Shown: positions 27,890-36,058 of the stretch, one piece after another
Layout of the letters: every line of letters starts with the position of its first letter
How positions within the stretch are numbered: position 1 is the first letter of the stretch
DNA from: Candidatus Hydrogenedentota bacterium
GTDB lineage: Bacteria > Hydrogenedentota > Hydrogenedentia > Hydrogenedentales > CAITNO01
Direction of reading: 5' to 3'
Length of the DNA stretch: 64,000 nt
Assembly (NCBI GenBank): GCA_029776995.1
Contig: JAKOTZ010000030.1
Location: 4,355 to 68,354 of the forward strand
Notes under the pieces: model-generated
What the model was told of the DNA's origin: nothing
Database searches by the model: none
What the model saw: only the letters and a program-made list of their open reading frames with translations
Translations under genes and position numbers: made by a program

Positions 27890-30826
27890 TCAGGGTATCG
27901 CTTTGCCGTTGAATACCACGCGCAGCCCATCATGCGTCGGGTTGGGCGCGTAGCGAAGCGACACCCCTTCCGGCGCGGACGCGGTGATGTGAAGGGTATC
28001 GTTATCGAGCCGCCAGTCCACGGAAACCACGCCTCCCGCCAGCGCGGAAGCGCCTTTGGCCCAGGTCAGGCCGGTTATCCAGGGACTGACGCGCACCGTC
28101 GTACCCCCCGGATTTTCCGGGACAATGCCCAGCACGATCCGGTTCAGGAAGTGAATGGGCGCGGAAGACCACGCGTGGGTGTGACTTCTGGTGGGGAAGC
28201 CTCCGCTGCCGGTTGTTCCGCTCGGGAAGCTTTCCCACACCGTGGTGGCCCCGGAATCGACCATGGGCCCGTAATATTCGCGGATGGCGTTCAGGATAGC
28301 GTCAATTTTGCCGCATTTTTCCAGGGCTTCGAACTGATACATGGCGGCAAAGGGCGATCCCAGGCGGGTCACGTCTTCGCCAGGATTCAGGATAATGTCC
28401 AGCAGCCGTTCCCGGCGCTCCTCCGGCGCAGCGTCGTACAGGAGAGCAAGGAACGCCGTGTGCACGCAAGTCTTGGGACTCAGGGTTCCATCGCCCCGCA
28501 CCGCGTCGGGATAGGCGCCCCTTTCGGCATCCCAAAGCCCCTCCACGGCATTTCGCAGCTGTTCCCGGTATTGGCGCAGCCACGGCAGATGTTCCGTATC
28601 TCCGATGGCTTCCCCAACCGTAATGGCCGCGTCCGCAGCGCCGATGGCAAAAAGGCTGTTGTGGGTAACCGACGCGTGCCCGTCGTCGATGCCGGTCCAG
28701 TCAAACATGTTCCAGAAGGGCGCGCTGAAAAGCCCCCGGCTGTCCGTAAAATTGGCCGCGCCCCGCAGATTCTTCACCATCCAGGGATAGGCCCAGCGGA
28801 CGAAGTCCAGATCTCCCGTGTAGTCATAATAATCCCGCACCATGACGCTCCACAGGAAACTCCACGCGGGCAGCAGGGTTTCCCAGGTGGAAGGGACCTG
28901 GCACAGCACGATGGGATGTTTTTCCAGGGACCACGCGGCCAGCCGGATACAGCGCCGCGCGATGTCCGCCGCGCCAAAAGCGGTATAGGCAAACACCGCC
29001 TCGTTGCGCGCGTCGCCCACCCACAGCGTCTGTTCATACAGGGGGCAGTCGGTGAAGGTGTCTTCCATGCAGAGTTTCAGGGTACGGGCCGAAATCTCCC
29101 AGGTTTTGGTAAAAAGCGGGTCGCTGCAGGCGAAAGACCCCAGGGGCTGAACCGGATAGGTGGATTCAATCAGCCGGATTCCGCGCAGGATGGCCGGCCG
29201 GGTCTGGTTCCGCAGGGTTACAAACAGGTACCGCTGGGACCGGCGGGTGAGGCTGGTAAACGTCTGCCGGCCCTCCCGGCAGACATAACGCATCGCGTTC
29301 CGGTAGGATCCCGTGTGCTGTACCCTGCCGTCCGGGGCGATGTATTCCACTCCGGCCAGGTCAACGACCAGCCCGCTTTCCGCTTCCAGGTCCAGGCTGT
29401 AATATCCGACATTCTGCTCCCCGAGGTCGAATACCAGTTCCACGTCGCCATCAGACTGGGGCGGGATTTTCAGCGGCGCGTCTCCCGACAGGAACGCGTT
29501 GGTATCGCCCAGGGTGTCCGTGATCTGCCGAACGGGCTCCCGGGAAGTGAACAGCCAGTGTACCGCCTCGGTCCACTCCTCCGGGCCAATCAGCCGGCTG
29601 CCTTCGGGAAGCGGCTTTTCCCGGAAAGATTCCGGCCGGCTCCACGTTTCAATGGCCTGATCCAACCCTTTTTTCAGGCGGTTTTCCACTGCCGCGCGTT
29701 CCGCGTCGGACAGCAGGGCCCATTTCCAGTCGGATTCCAGGTATTTTCCGTCCGGCGCGGGGATGTAAATCCAGGGTTTTTCCGCACTGCCGTCCACGGG
29801 GGATACCAGGCGGAACGGCTGATCACACCGAACACGCACCTCGGTGTCGTAATGCCAGTGGCTGAACCAGCGGGAAAGGGCGACATTGAGCAGATGGCGC
29901 CCTGCCTCCAGCGGCATGCCTCGGGAGGGAACCCGTTTGCCGTCCACCAGGGCGGTCTGCGCGCCCGCGTCCACCTGAAGCGTGCCGGGCTGTTCCAGCT
30001 CCACGGCAACGGCATAGATGCCCGTGACCGCGGAATGGTTGTTGGTGGGCACCACCGCGCTGTACAGCCACGGCGCGGTGGGGAATATAAAGGTATGCCA
30101 GTCGCTGCGGCGGACGACGGAGGCCGCGCTCAGGGATTTAAAATGGCGCGGAATCCGGGTCAGCATGGGCACGTCGCGAAGCCAGAGGTTCTTCCAGGGA
30201 CTCTGGCCGGCCGGATATTTCTCGGCAGCCGGCTGAAACTCGCCGGATCCTTCTTTTCGGGCATCGTAGATCTCAAACAGGCCCATCTGAACGGATTGTT
30301 TGGGTACCCAGCGCAGCCATTCCGCGGCTTCCCGCGCCTCCCAGGAAGCATCGGTTACGATCCGGATCGGCGGGCGGGCGGAATCTCTGGGCGCAGCCTC
30401 CAGCGTGGCGAGCAGTCCCGGCTCCTGGGGCAACTGGTGGAAGGTGCCGATGCCGAAAAATTTCGCGATGACAATCAGTTCGTTTTCCCCGGCGCGCGCC
30501 TGGCCGGTTACGTCTATCCGGTCGTACTGGTAGTGGTCGGGCCAGCTTCGGGCGGGGCCGTCTCCCACCCATTCGCCGTTGAGCAGCGCGCGGTACGCCG
30601 TATCCGCCGTAATCCGAAGGGTTACCCGCGCCGATTCCGGCAGGGAAAATACCTTCCGGAAAATGACCGTGTCGTTATAGGGAAAAAATCCCTCCGGCAG
30701 CGCCCGCCAGATCCATTTGGCGCCCTCCCAGCTGAAGTCCCGGTCCGCCTGCAGATCATCCGCGGAAGTCAGGGTTCCCAGGCAAAGTACAGTAAGTCCC
30801 GTTAACAGGTGATGGGGCAGATACAT
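27890..30826 (-). CDS. Exported alpha-L-rhamnosidase-like glycoside hydrolase (GH78)
   Basis: Signal peptide; ITADTAYRALLNGEWVGDGP, DCPLYEQTLWVGD, GATTVWESF, SHTHAWSS; SD AAGGAAG upstream of the ATG at 30826. Confidence 0.85.
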   Translation of the reverse strand: MYLPHHLLTGLTVLCLGTLTSADDLQADRDFSWEGAKWIWRALPEGFFPYNDTVIFRKVFSLPESARVTLRITADTAYRALLNGEWVGDGPARSWPDHYQYDRIDVTGQARAGENELIVIAKFFGIGTFHQLPQEPGLLATLEAAPRDSARPPIRIVTDASWEAREAAEWLRWVPKQSVQMGLFEIYDARKEGSGEFQPAAEKYPAGQSPWKNLWLRDVPMLTRIPRHFKSLSAASVVRRSDWHTFIFPTAPWLYSAVVPTNNHSAVTGIYAVAVELEQPGTLQVDAGAQTALVDGKRVPSRGMPLEAGRHLLNVALSRWFSHWHYDTEVRVRCDQPFRLVSPVDGSAEKPWIYIPAPDGKYLESDWKWALLSDAERAAVENRLKKGLDQAIETWSRPESFREKPLPEGSRLIGPEEWTEAVHWLFTSREPVRQITDTLGDTNAFLSGDAPLKIPPQSDGDVELVFDLGEQNVGYYSLDLEAESGLVVDLAGVEYIAPDGRVQHTGSYRNAMRYVCREGRQTFTSLTRRSQRYLFVTLRNQTRPAILRGIRLIESTYPVQPLGSFACSDPLFTKTWEISARTLKLCMEDTFTDCPLYEQTLWVGDARNEAVFAYTAFGAADIARRCIRLAAWSLEKHPIVLCQVPSTWETLLPAWSFLWSVMVRDYYDYTGDLDFVRWAYPWMVKNLRGAANFTDSRGLFSAPFWNMFDWTGIDDGHASVTHNSLFAIGAADAAITVGEAIGDTEHLPWLRQYREQLRNAVEGLWDAERGAYPDAVRGDGTLSPKTCVHTAFLALLYDAAPEERRERLLDIILNPGEDVTRLGSPFAAMYQFEALEKCGKIDAILNAIREYYGPMVDSGATTVWESFPSGTTGSGGFPTRSHTHAWSSAPIHFLNRIVLGIVPENPGGTTVRVSPWITGLTWAKGASALAGGVVSVDWRLDNDTLHITASAPEGVSLRYAPNPTHDGLRVVFNGKAIP

Positions 30827-30989
30827 GACGACTTCCTTCCATAACGGTTGAATGGATACTAGCCTGCATTGTGGAGCATCCATAGCGCCCGGCGCAACCC
30901 GTCACCGGGTTCACGCGACTCGCAGCCGGCCGGTATCCTTTGCCGTTTCACTCCCTGCCATGCCATGTCGCACCAGCTCCGCCTCGCAT

Positions 30990-31019
30990 TTGCGGCATAA
31001 GGGCGGAGCGGATTATAAT
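30990..31019 (+). promoter_or_regulatory. Sigma70-like promoter for tRNA-His/hisS
   Basis: TTGCGG-N18-TATAAT, 16 nt upstream of the tRNA. Confidence 0.65.
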
Positions 31020-31035
31020 AAGCCCGCTTTTGGGT

Positions 31036-31112
31036 GCCGGGATAGCTCAGTTGGTCAGAGCGCTGGATTGTGGATCCAGAGGTCCTGGGTTCGACCCCCA
31101 GTCCCGGTACCA
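31036..31112 (+). tRNA. trnH: tRNA-His (GUG); no encoded G-1; G1.U72 pair and A73; CCA encoded
   Basis: Cloverleaf GCCGGGA/TCCCGGT, D-stem GCTC/GAGC, anticodon stem CTGGA/TCCAG with GTG at 31070-31072, T-arm CTGGG-TTCGACC-CCCAG, then A CCA. Confidence 0.96.
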
Positions 31113-31186
31113 TTTTCTATGGGGGCGCGCCGGAGCCGCCCGCGGTGGAGGGGGCGTTGCGCGGCGGCCGGTGGAAAGGGTGCTTC

Positions 31187-32623
31187 GTGCCGGGAATCGT
31201 TCCGCAAACACTGAAGGGATTTCAGGATCTCCTGCCGGATGCCATGACGGTCCGGGAGGCGGTGGTGTCCATCATCCGGGACACGTACGCGCGGTTCGGC
31301 TTTCAGCCGCTGGAAACCCCGATACTGGAACGGCTGGACACGCTCACCGGCACCACAGAGGGAGAAACGGGAAAACAGATTTTTACCCTGGAAACGCCCG
31401 AATCTGAAGCCGCGGCTTTGCGCTTCGACCTGACCGTACCCTTCGCGCGGGTGGTCAGCCAGTACCGGGACCGGATCCGGCTGCCGTTTCGGCGGTTCCA
31501 CATCGGTCCCGTGTTCCGCGCGGATAAACCGGGGCCGGGGCGGTTCCGTCAGTTTACCCAGTGTGACATCGACATCGCCGGCGCGCGGGGCGTTGACGCG
31601 GATGCCGAGATCATCGCGGCGCTTTGCGAAGCTTTTCGGGCGCTGGGCCTGGGCGGACAGCCGCCGAAGTATCAGGTTCGGGTCAGCAGCCGAAAGCTGG
31701 TGGACGCGCTGCTGCAGGGATACGGGGTCACGGAGCCGGCAACGCTGAAGCATACCCTCCGGGTGATGGACAAACTGCAAAAAGTGGGGCTGGAGAATGT
31801 GCGGCTGGAGCTGGGACCGGGACGGATAGACGAATCGGGTGATCCGATCCCGGGCGTAGGACTGGAAGCCGGCCTGATTGACCGCATCGCGGATTTTGTG
31901 GGCATCAGCGCGCCGGACCGAAAAACAATGCTGGCCTTACTTACGGAACGGCTGCCGGATACCGAATCCGCCCGGGACGCCCTGGCGGAAATGGCGGAAC
32001 TGGACCGGTGCCTTGAAGCCCTGGGACTGAGCGATGAAGAAGTCTGTTACGACCCCAGCCTGACCCGCGGGCTGGATTATTACACGGGACCGGTGCTGGA
32101 AGTGGCGCTTCCCGGCGCGCCGGAATTCGGTTCGGTAGGGGGAGGCGGGCGGTACGACGGACTTTGCGACCGTTTCCTGGAAGAACCGATCCCCGCGACA
32201 GGGGCTTCCATTGGTTTGGACCGTTTAGTGGCGGCGCTCGTTCACCTGGGACTGGCTCCCGCGCCGGACCGGCCGATCCACGCCTGCGTGGTCACGGTTG
32301 GTAACGTGCCGCGGGAGGAGGTGTTGCGCCTGGCGGCGGAATTGCGCGCCGGCGGATTAAATATTATTACGTTCCCGGGCGCGAAAAAAGGGCTGGGGGC
32401 CCAGTTGTCGCTGGCGGACCATTACGGCATACCCGCGGCCGTCGTACTGGGCGAGGACGAACTGGCCCGGGGCGTGGTTGCCGTCAAGGACCTGGCCATG
32501 GGAAAGGCGATCCGCGAAAACATAGCGGACCATGACGCCTACCGGCGGGCAGGGCGGGAAGCCCAGGTTACCGTTCCCCGGAATGAAGCCGCGGAACGGA
32601 TCCGCCGGATCACCGGCGCGTAG
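31187..32623 (+). CDS. hisS: Histidine--tRNA ligase, alphaproteobacterial-type variant
   Basis: KGFQD, ALRFDLTVP, FRADKPGPGRFRQFTQCD, LTRGLDYYTG, GGGGRYD, GASIGLDR; GTG start with SD GGAAAGGG. Confidence 0.95.
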   Translation: MPGIVPQTLKGFQDLLPDAMTVREAVVSIIRDTYARFGFQPLETPILERLDTLTGTTEGETGKQIFTLETPESEAAALRFDLTVPFARVVSQYRDRIRLPFRRFHIGPVFRADKPGPGRFRQFTQCDIDIAGARGVDADAEIIAALCEAFRALGLGGQPPKYQVRVSSRKLVDALLQGYGVTEPATLKHTLRVMDKLQKVGLENVRLELGPGRIDESGDPIPGVGLEAGLIDRIADFVGISAPDRKTMLALLTERLPDTESARDALAEMAELDRCLEALGLSDEEVCYDPSLTRGLDYYTGPVLEVALPGAPEFGSVGGGGRYDGLCDRFLEEPIPATGASIGLDRLVAALVHLGLAPAPDRPIHACVVTVGNVPREEVLRLAAELRAGGLNIITFPGAKKGLGAQLSLADHYGIPAAVVLGEDELARGVVAVKDLAMGKAIRENIADHDAYRRAGREAQVTVPRNEAAERIRRITGA

Positions 32624-32645
32624 CGCCCAGACGGGCTCGGGCTGG

Positions 32646-33977
32646 TTATTCATCCGGGGGCTGACGGGCTTCAATCAGTTTCCGCGCCAGGGCCAGGCCC
32701 GCTTCGCGGGTGGAAAAGACTCCTTCGATCTGCCGTTCGTGCAGCATCTGCAGCAATTCCCGATAAGCCGGACCGGGCGGCAGGCCAAGCGCTTTCAGGT
32801 CGTCCCCGGTAATCAGCGGCGGCGGCAGCGGCTGGGCGGGCGGCTCGTGCGACAGGTATTGCCGTATCCACTCGATGACACTCGTATCGCCGTGGCTCGC
32901 AAGGCTGTCCAGCCGGCCCAGCTCCACCAGCAGCGGAAAATCCGGTTCGCGGGAAAACCGTTTGCGTTTCCCTTCGCGCATATCCGGAAACGCGGCCAGC
33001 CGCATGTGGTTGCCCACCAGCCAGGCGATCCGCTCGATCCGGCGGTTCGGGAATCTCAGCCGCCGGCCAATGCCGTGTACCATCTGTTCACCGACTTTTT
33101 CGTGGTAGTGGAACCGGATCCGGTCCGCGTAAGTGATTGTGCGCGGCTTGCCGCAATCGTGGAGCAGCGCCGCCCAGGCCAGCTCCACGGGGGCATGCGG
33201 CGGCAGCAGGTCCAGCATGCGGAGGGTATGTTCCCATACGTCCCCTTCGGGATGAAAGGCTTCCGGCTGGGGCACTCCCTTCAGGTCGGCGATTTCCGGC
33301 AGAATCAGGCTCAGCAGGCCCGACTCGGAAAGCGCTTCCATGGCCCGCCGGGCGCCGCCTTCGGTGAGCATGCGGTCAAGCTCTTCCCGGATCCGTTCAG
33401 CGCTCACCCCCTGCAGCCCTTCTTCCGCGGTGACCTGTTTCAGGGCATCCCAGGTTTCCGGGACAATGCGGAAATTCAGGGCTGAGGCGAATCGAATGGC
33501 CCGCAGCAGCCGCAGCCGATCCTCCAGAAATCGTTCCCGGGGATTGCCCACGCATCGGATAACCTGGTTCCGCAGGTCTTCCAGCCCGCCGGTAAAGTCG
33601 AGCACCTGGTCCGTGGCAGGATCCAGGAATAAGGCATTGATGGTAAAGTCCCGGCGCATGGCGTCTTCGCGCGGGGCGGCATAGGCCACGCTGTCCGGGT
33701 GGCGGCCGTCCTGGTACGCGCCGTCCCGGCGGAAGGTAACCACATCGATTTCTTCCCCGTCCTGCAGCACTTTAACCACCCCAAAGGAAAGCCCGACCGG
33801 CACAATGCGGGGAAACAGGGCGCGGACCTCTTCAGGCGTGGCGTTGGTGGCCACGTCATAGTCCTTGGGCGACCGGCCCAGCAGCCTGTCGCGGACGCAC
33901 CCTCCCGCGAACAGGGCCATAAAGCCATGCCGCCGAAGCGTGTCACATACTGTCAGCGCTGAGGACAGGGTGCTCAT
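32646..33977 (-). CDS. cca: CCA tRNA nucleotidyltransferase / poly(A) polymerase family with HD domain
   Basis: GGCVRDRLLG, DYDVAT, RRDFTINAL, EDRLRLLRAIRF, HPEGDVWEHT, LLHDCGKP. Confidence 0.9.
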   Translation of the reverse strand: MSTLSSALTVCDTLRRHGFMALFAGGCVRDRLLGRSPKDYDVATNATPEEVRALFPRIVPVGLSFGVVKVLQDGEEIDVVTFRRDGAYQDGRHPDSVAYAAPREDAMRRDFTINALFLDPATDQVLDFTGGLEDLRNQVIRCVGNPRERFLEDRLRLLRAIRFASALNFRIVPETWDALKQVTAEEGLQGVSAERIREELDRMLTEGGARRAMEALSESGLLSLILPEIADLKGVPQPEAFHPEGDVWEHTLRMLDLLPPHAPVELAWAALLHDCGKPRTITYADRIRFHYHEKVGEQMVHGIGRRLRFPNRRIERIAWLVGNHMRLAAFPDMREGKRKRFSREPDFPLLVELGRLDSLASHGDTSVIEWIRQYLSHEPPAQPLPPPLITGDDLKALGLPPGPAYRELLQMLHERQIEGVFSTREAGLALARKLIEARQPPDE

Positions 33978-35395
33978 GCCGGGGAAGATTCCGATGATGG
34001 CCGGGGTTCAGGATCCTGGTCCTGGGCGGACGGCAGCAGCCGCGGCATAAAACGGTCCGCGACCACCCCGGGCAGCAGGCTGACCGCGGCCAGCAGCATG
34101 CCGACCGGAAGGGCGTGGGCGCACCAGTGGAATACCAGCAGCCCCGCAGCCCACCCGACCCGGGACGCGGGCTTCCGGAACAGCGCCGTGAGCAGCGACA
34201 TCAGCGCGCTGGCCGCAATCAGCGCGTTCAGCGCGGTTGGCCACGGGCTTACCAGCGTGACCATACGGGTAATCACAAAGCCCGCCGCCGCCCACGGGAA
34301 AAAATCACTCCATATGGAGAGACTGCGCCGCCAGATCAGCAGATACATCCCTCCGACCGAGAGGGTAACGGCAGCCAGGAACACGAGCGTCAAACTTGTG
34401 CCGTCGGGAACCCATGGATTGAGCGGGGAGTAATAGAAGTCAAGGAGTAGAATGTCCCTGCCGCTGAGATCCAGCAGGACGGCGCCAATCAGCGGTCCCC
34501 ACCACATGATCCGGCCGATCCAGCGCAGTACGGGGGCCCTGGCGACCATACCCGCAACGGTATACGCCCCGCCGACGATCAGGGTGGCCAGCAGCAGGCG
34601 TCCGATATTGTCCAGTCGGCTGTCGTTCAGGTCAGGCGCCCACAGCCATACCGGCGCCAGCATGGGTATCAGCCCGCGCCAGAAGATAAAATCCCGAAAC
34701 GGGTACTCCCTTTCCCGACTGAGCGCGTATTCCGCCGCGATGAACAGCAGCAGCCCGCCCGCCAGCACCCACGGTCCGCCGGATCCGGATACATAGGCCG
34801 CGGGCAGCGCGCCGGAAAGGGCCAGCAGCCGGATCAGCAGTCCTCCCAGCGCGGGGACCAGCGCGACCAGCGCCGCCTCGGGAAGCCCCAGGATCATCCG
34901 CCAGCCGGTCATGTACAGGCCGACAGCAATCAGGTATTTCCCGGTATCCGCCTCGGAAATTCTCAGGCCGGTTTCCACCAGTAGGGGCAGCGCGGCCAGG
35001 CCGGCAAGCATCATCGCGGCAGGATGCCCGCCGGAATCGGGCAGTCTCAAAACAACACGGCCCAGCACAAGGGCCCACGCCGCCAGCAACAGCGGCACGG
35101 TCCAGCCCGGGCCGGTTGGCTGCTGCCAGGCGGGCAGCAGCAGGCACCAGAAAGACAGGCTCAGCAATCCGCGGCGAAGCAGCCGCAGATACCAGCGTTT
35201 CGCGGGAATCAGTCCGCCCGGCAGGCAAGCGCCGGCAACCGCGCTGCCCCAAAAGCCCGGTAACAGGCTGGCCGCAAATGCCGCTGCCAGAAACAGAAGG
35301 ACTGTGAGCGCGCGCTCCGGCAGGCTGCCCGACCCTGAACCCTGATGTGTTTCAGTACTTCCGTCCGCCAATCTCTTATCCTTAAGTGACGTCAC
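33974..35395 (-). CDS. Hypothetical polytopic membrane protein
   Basis: More than 12 hydrophobic segments; sits between engB and cca, with an ATGA overlap to cca. Confidence 0.7.
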   Translation of the reverse strand: MTSLKDKRLADGSTETHQGSGSGSLPERALTVLLFLAAAFAASLLPGFWGSAVAGACLPGGLIPAKRWYLRLLRRGLLSLSFWCLLLPAWQQPTGPGWTVPLLLAAWALVLGRVVLRLPDSGGHPAAMMLAGLAALPLLVETGLRISEADTGKYLIAVGLYMTGWRMILGLPEAALVALVPALGGLLIRLLALSGALPAAYVSGSGGPWVLAGGLLLFIAAEYALSREREYPFRDFIFWRGLIPMLAPVWLWAPDLNDSRLDNIGRLLLATLIVGGAYTVAGMVARAPVLRWIGRIMWWGPLIGAVLLDLSGRDILLLDFYYSPLNPWVPDGTSLTLVFLAAVTLSVGGMYLLIWRRSLSIWSDFFPWAAAGFVITRMVTLVSPWPTALNALIAASALMSLLTALFRKPASRVGWAAGLLVFHWCAHALPVGMLLAAVSLLPGVVADRFMPRLLPSAQDQDPEPRPSSESSPA

Positions 35396-35434
35396 GGAAC
35401 CATTTTACAGAAAAATACGACTGGAAATTTCCTG

Positions 35435-36058
35435 TCAGGGCGGCGTTTCGCCGGCGGCATCCGAAAACGGCTCTTCCGCCAGGCACATTTCCAGCGTTTT
35501 CCACAGCTCAGGAATGCCCGCTCCGGTCTGGGCCGATACCGGCAGCAGCAGCGCGTCAGGGTCCAGCCCCAGCTCCGCGCGCATGCTGTTCAACCGTCCC
35601 TGCACATGGCCCCGCGCGATTTTGTCTGATTTTGTGGCGACCAGCAGCGCCGGAACCCGGGCGTTCTCCAGCAGATCCAGCATGTCGTGGTCGAGCGGGA
35701 AAGGGTCATGCCGGATGTCCAGCAGGACCACAACCGCCCGCAACTGTTCCCGGCCCGTGAGGTAGGCGCGCATCAGGGCATCCCACTGCCTTTTCAGCGT
35801 CAGGGGAGCCCGCGCGAAACCATATCCGGGCAGATCGACCAGCAGAAAACGCCGGTTGACCTCAAAGAAATGTATCGCCTGGGTTTTGCCCGGCGTGGAA
35901 CTGGTCCGCGCCAGGTTGCGGGAACGGGTCAGCGCGTTGAGCAGGGACGACTTGCCCACATTGGACCGGCCCGCGAAAGCAAGCTCCGGCAGTCCCGCCG
36001 ATGGAAAATCCGCGGCGCTCCGTGCCGTCTTCAGCAGGCGAACCGTTTCAATCCGCAC
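35435..36058 (-). CDS. engB: Ribosome biogenesis GTPase EngB (YihA/YsxC)
   Basis: GRSNVGKSSLLN, TPGKTQ, VDLPGYG, TKSDK; GTG start overlapping the lon end. Confidence 0.95.
   Translation of the reverse strand: MRIETVRLLKTARSAADFPSAGLPELAFAGRSNVGKSSLLNALTRSRNLARTSSTPGKTQAIHFFEVNRRFLLVDLPGYGFARAPLTLKRQWDALMRAYLTGREQLRAVVVLLDIRHDPFPLDHDMLDLLENARVPALLVATKSDKIARGHVQGRLNSMRAELGLDPDALLLPVSAQTGAGIPELWKTLEMCLAEEPFSDAAGETPP

Noticed and set aside
27932-30805. 957-aa plus-strand ORF
   Set aside because: It is an antisense shadow of the GH78 gene with no recognisable motifs; such shadows are common in high-GC coding DNA.
31070-31186. N-terminal extension of hisS in the ORF track
   Set aside because: That start is the tRNA anticodon GTG. 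The GTG at 31187 has an SD and gives a normal N-terminus.
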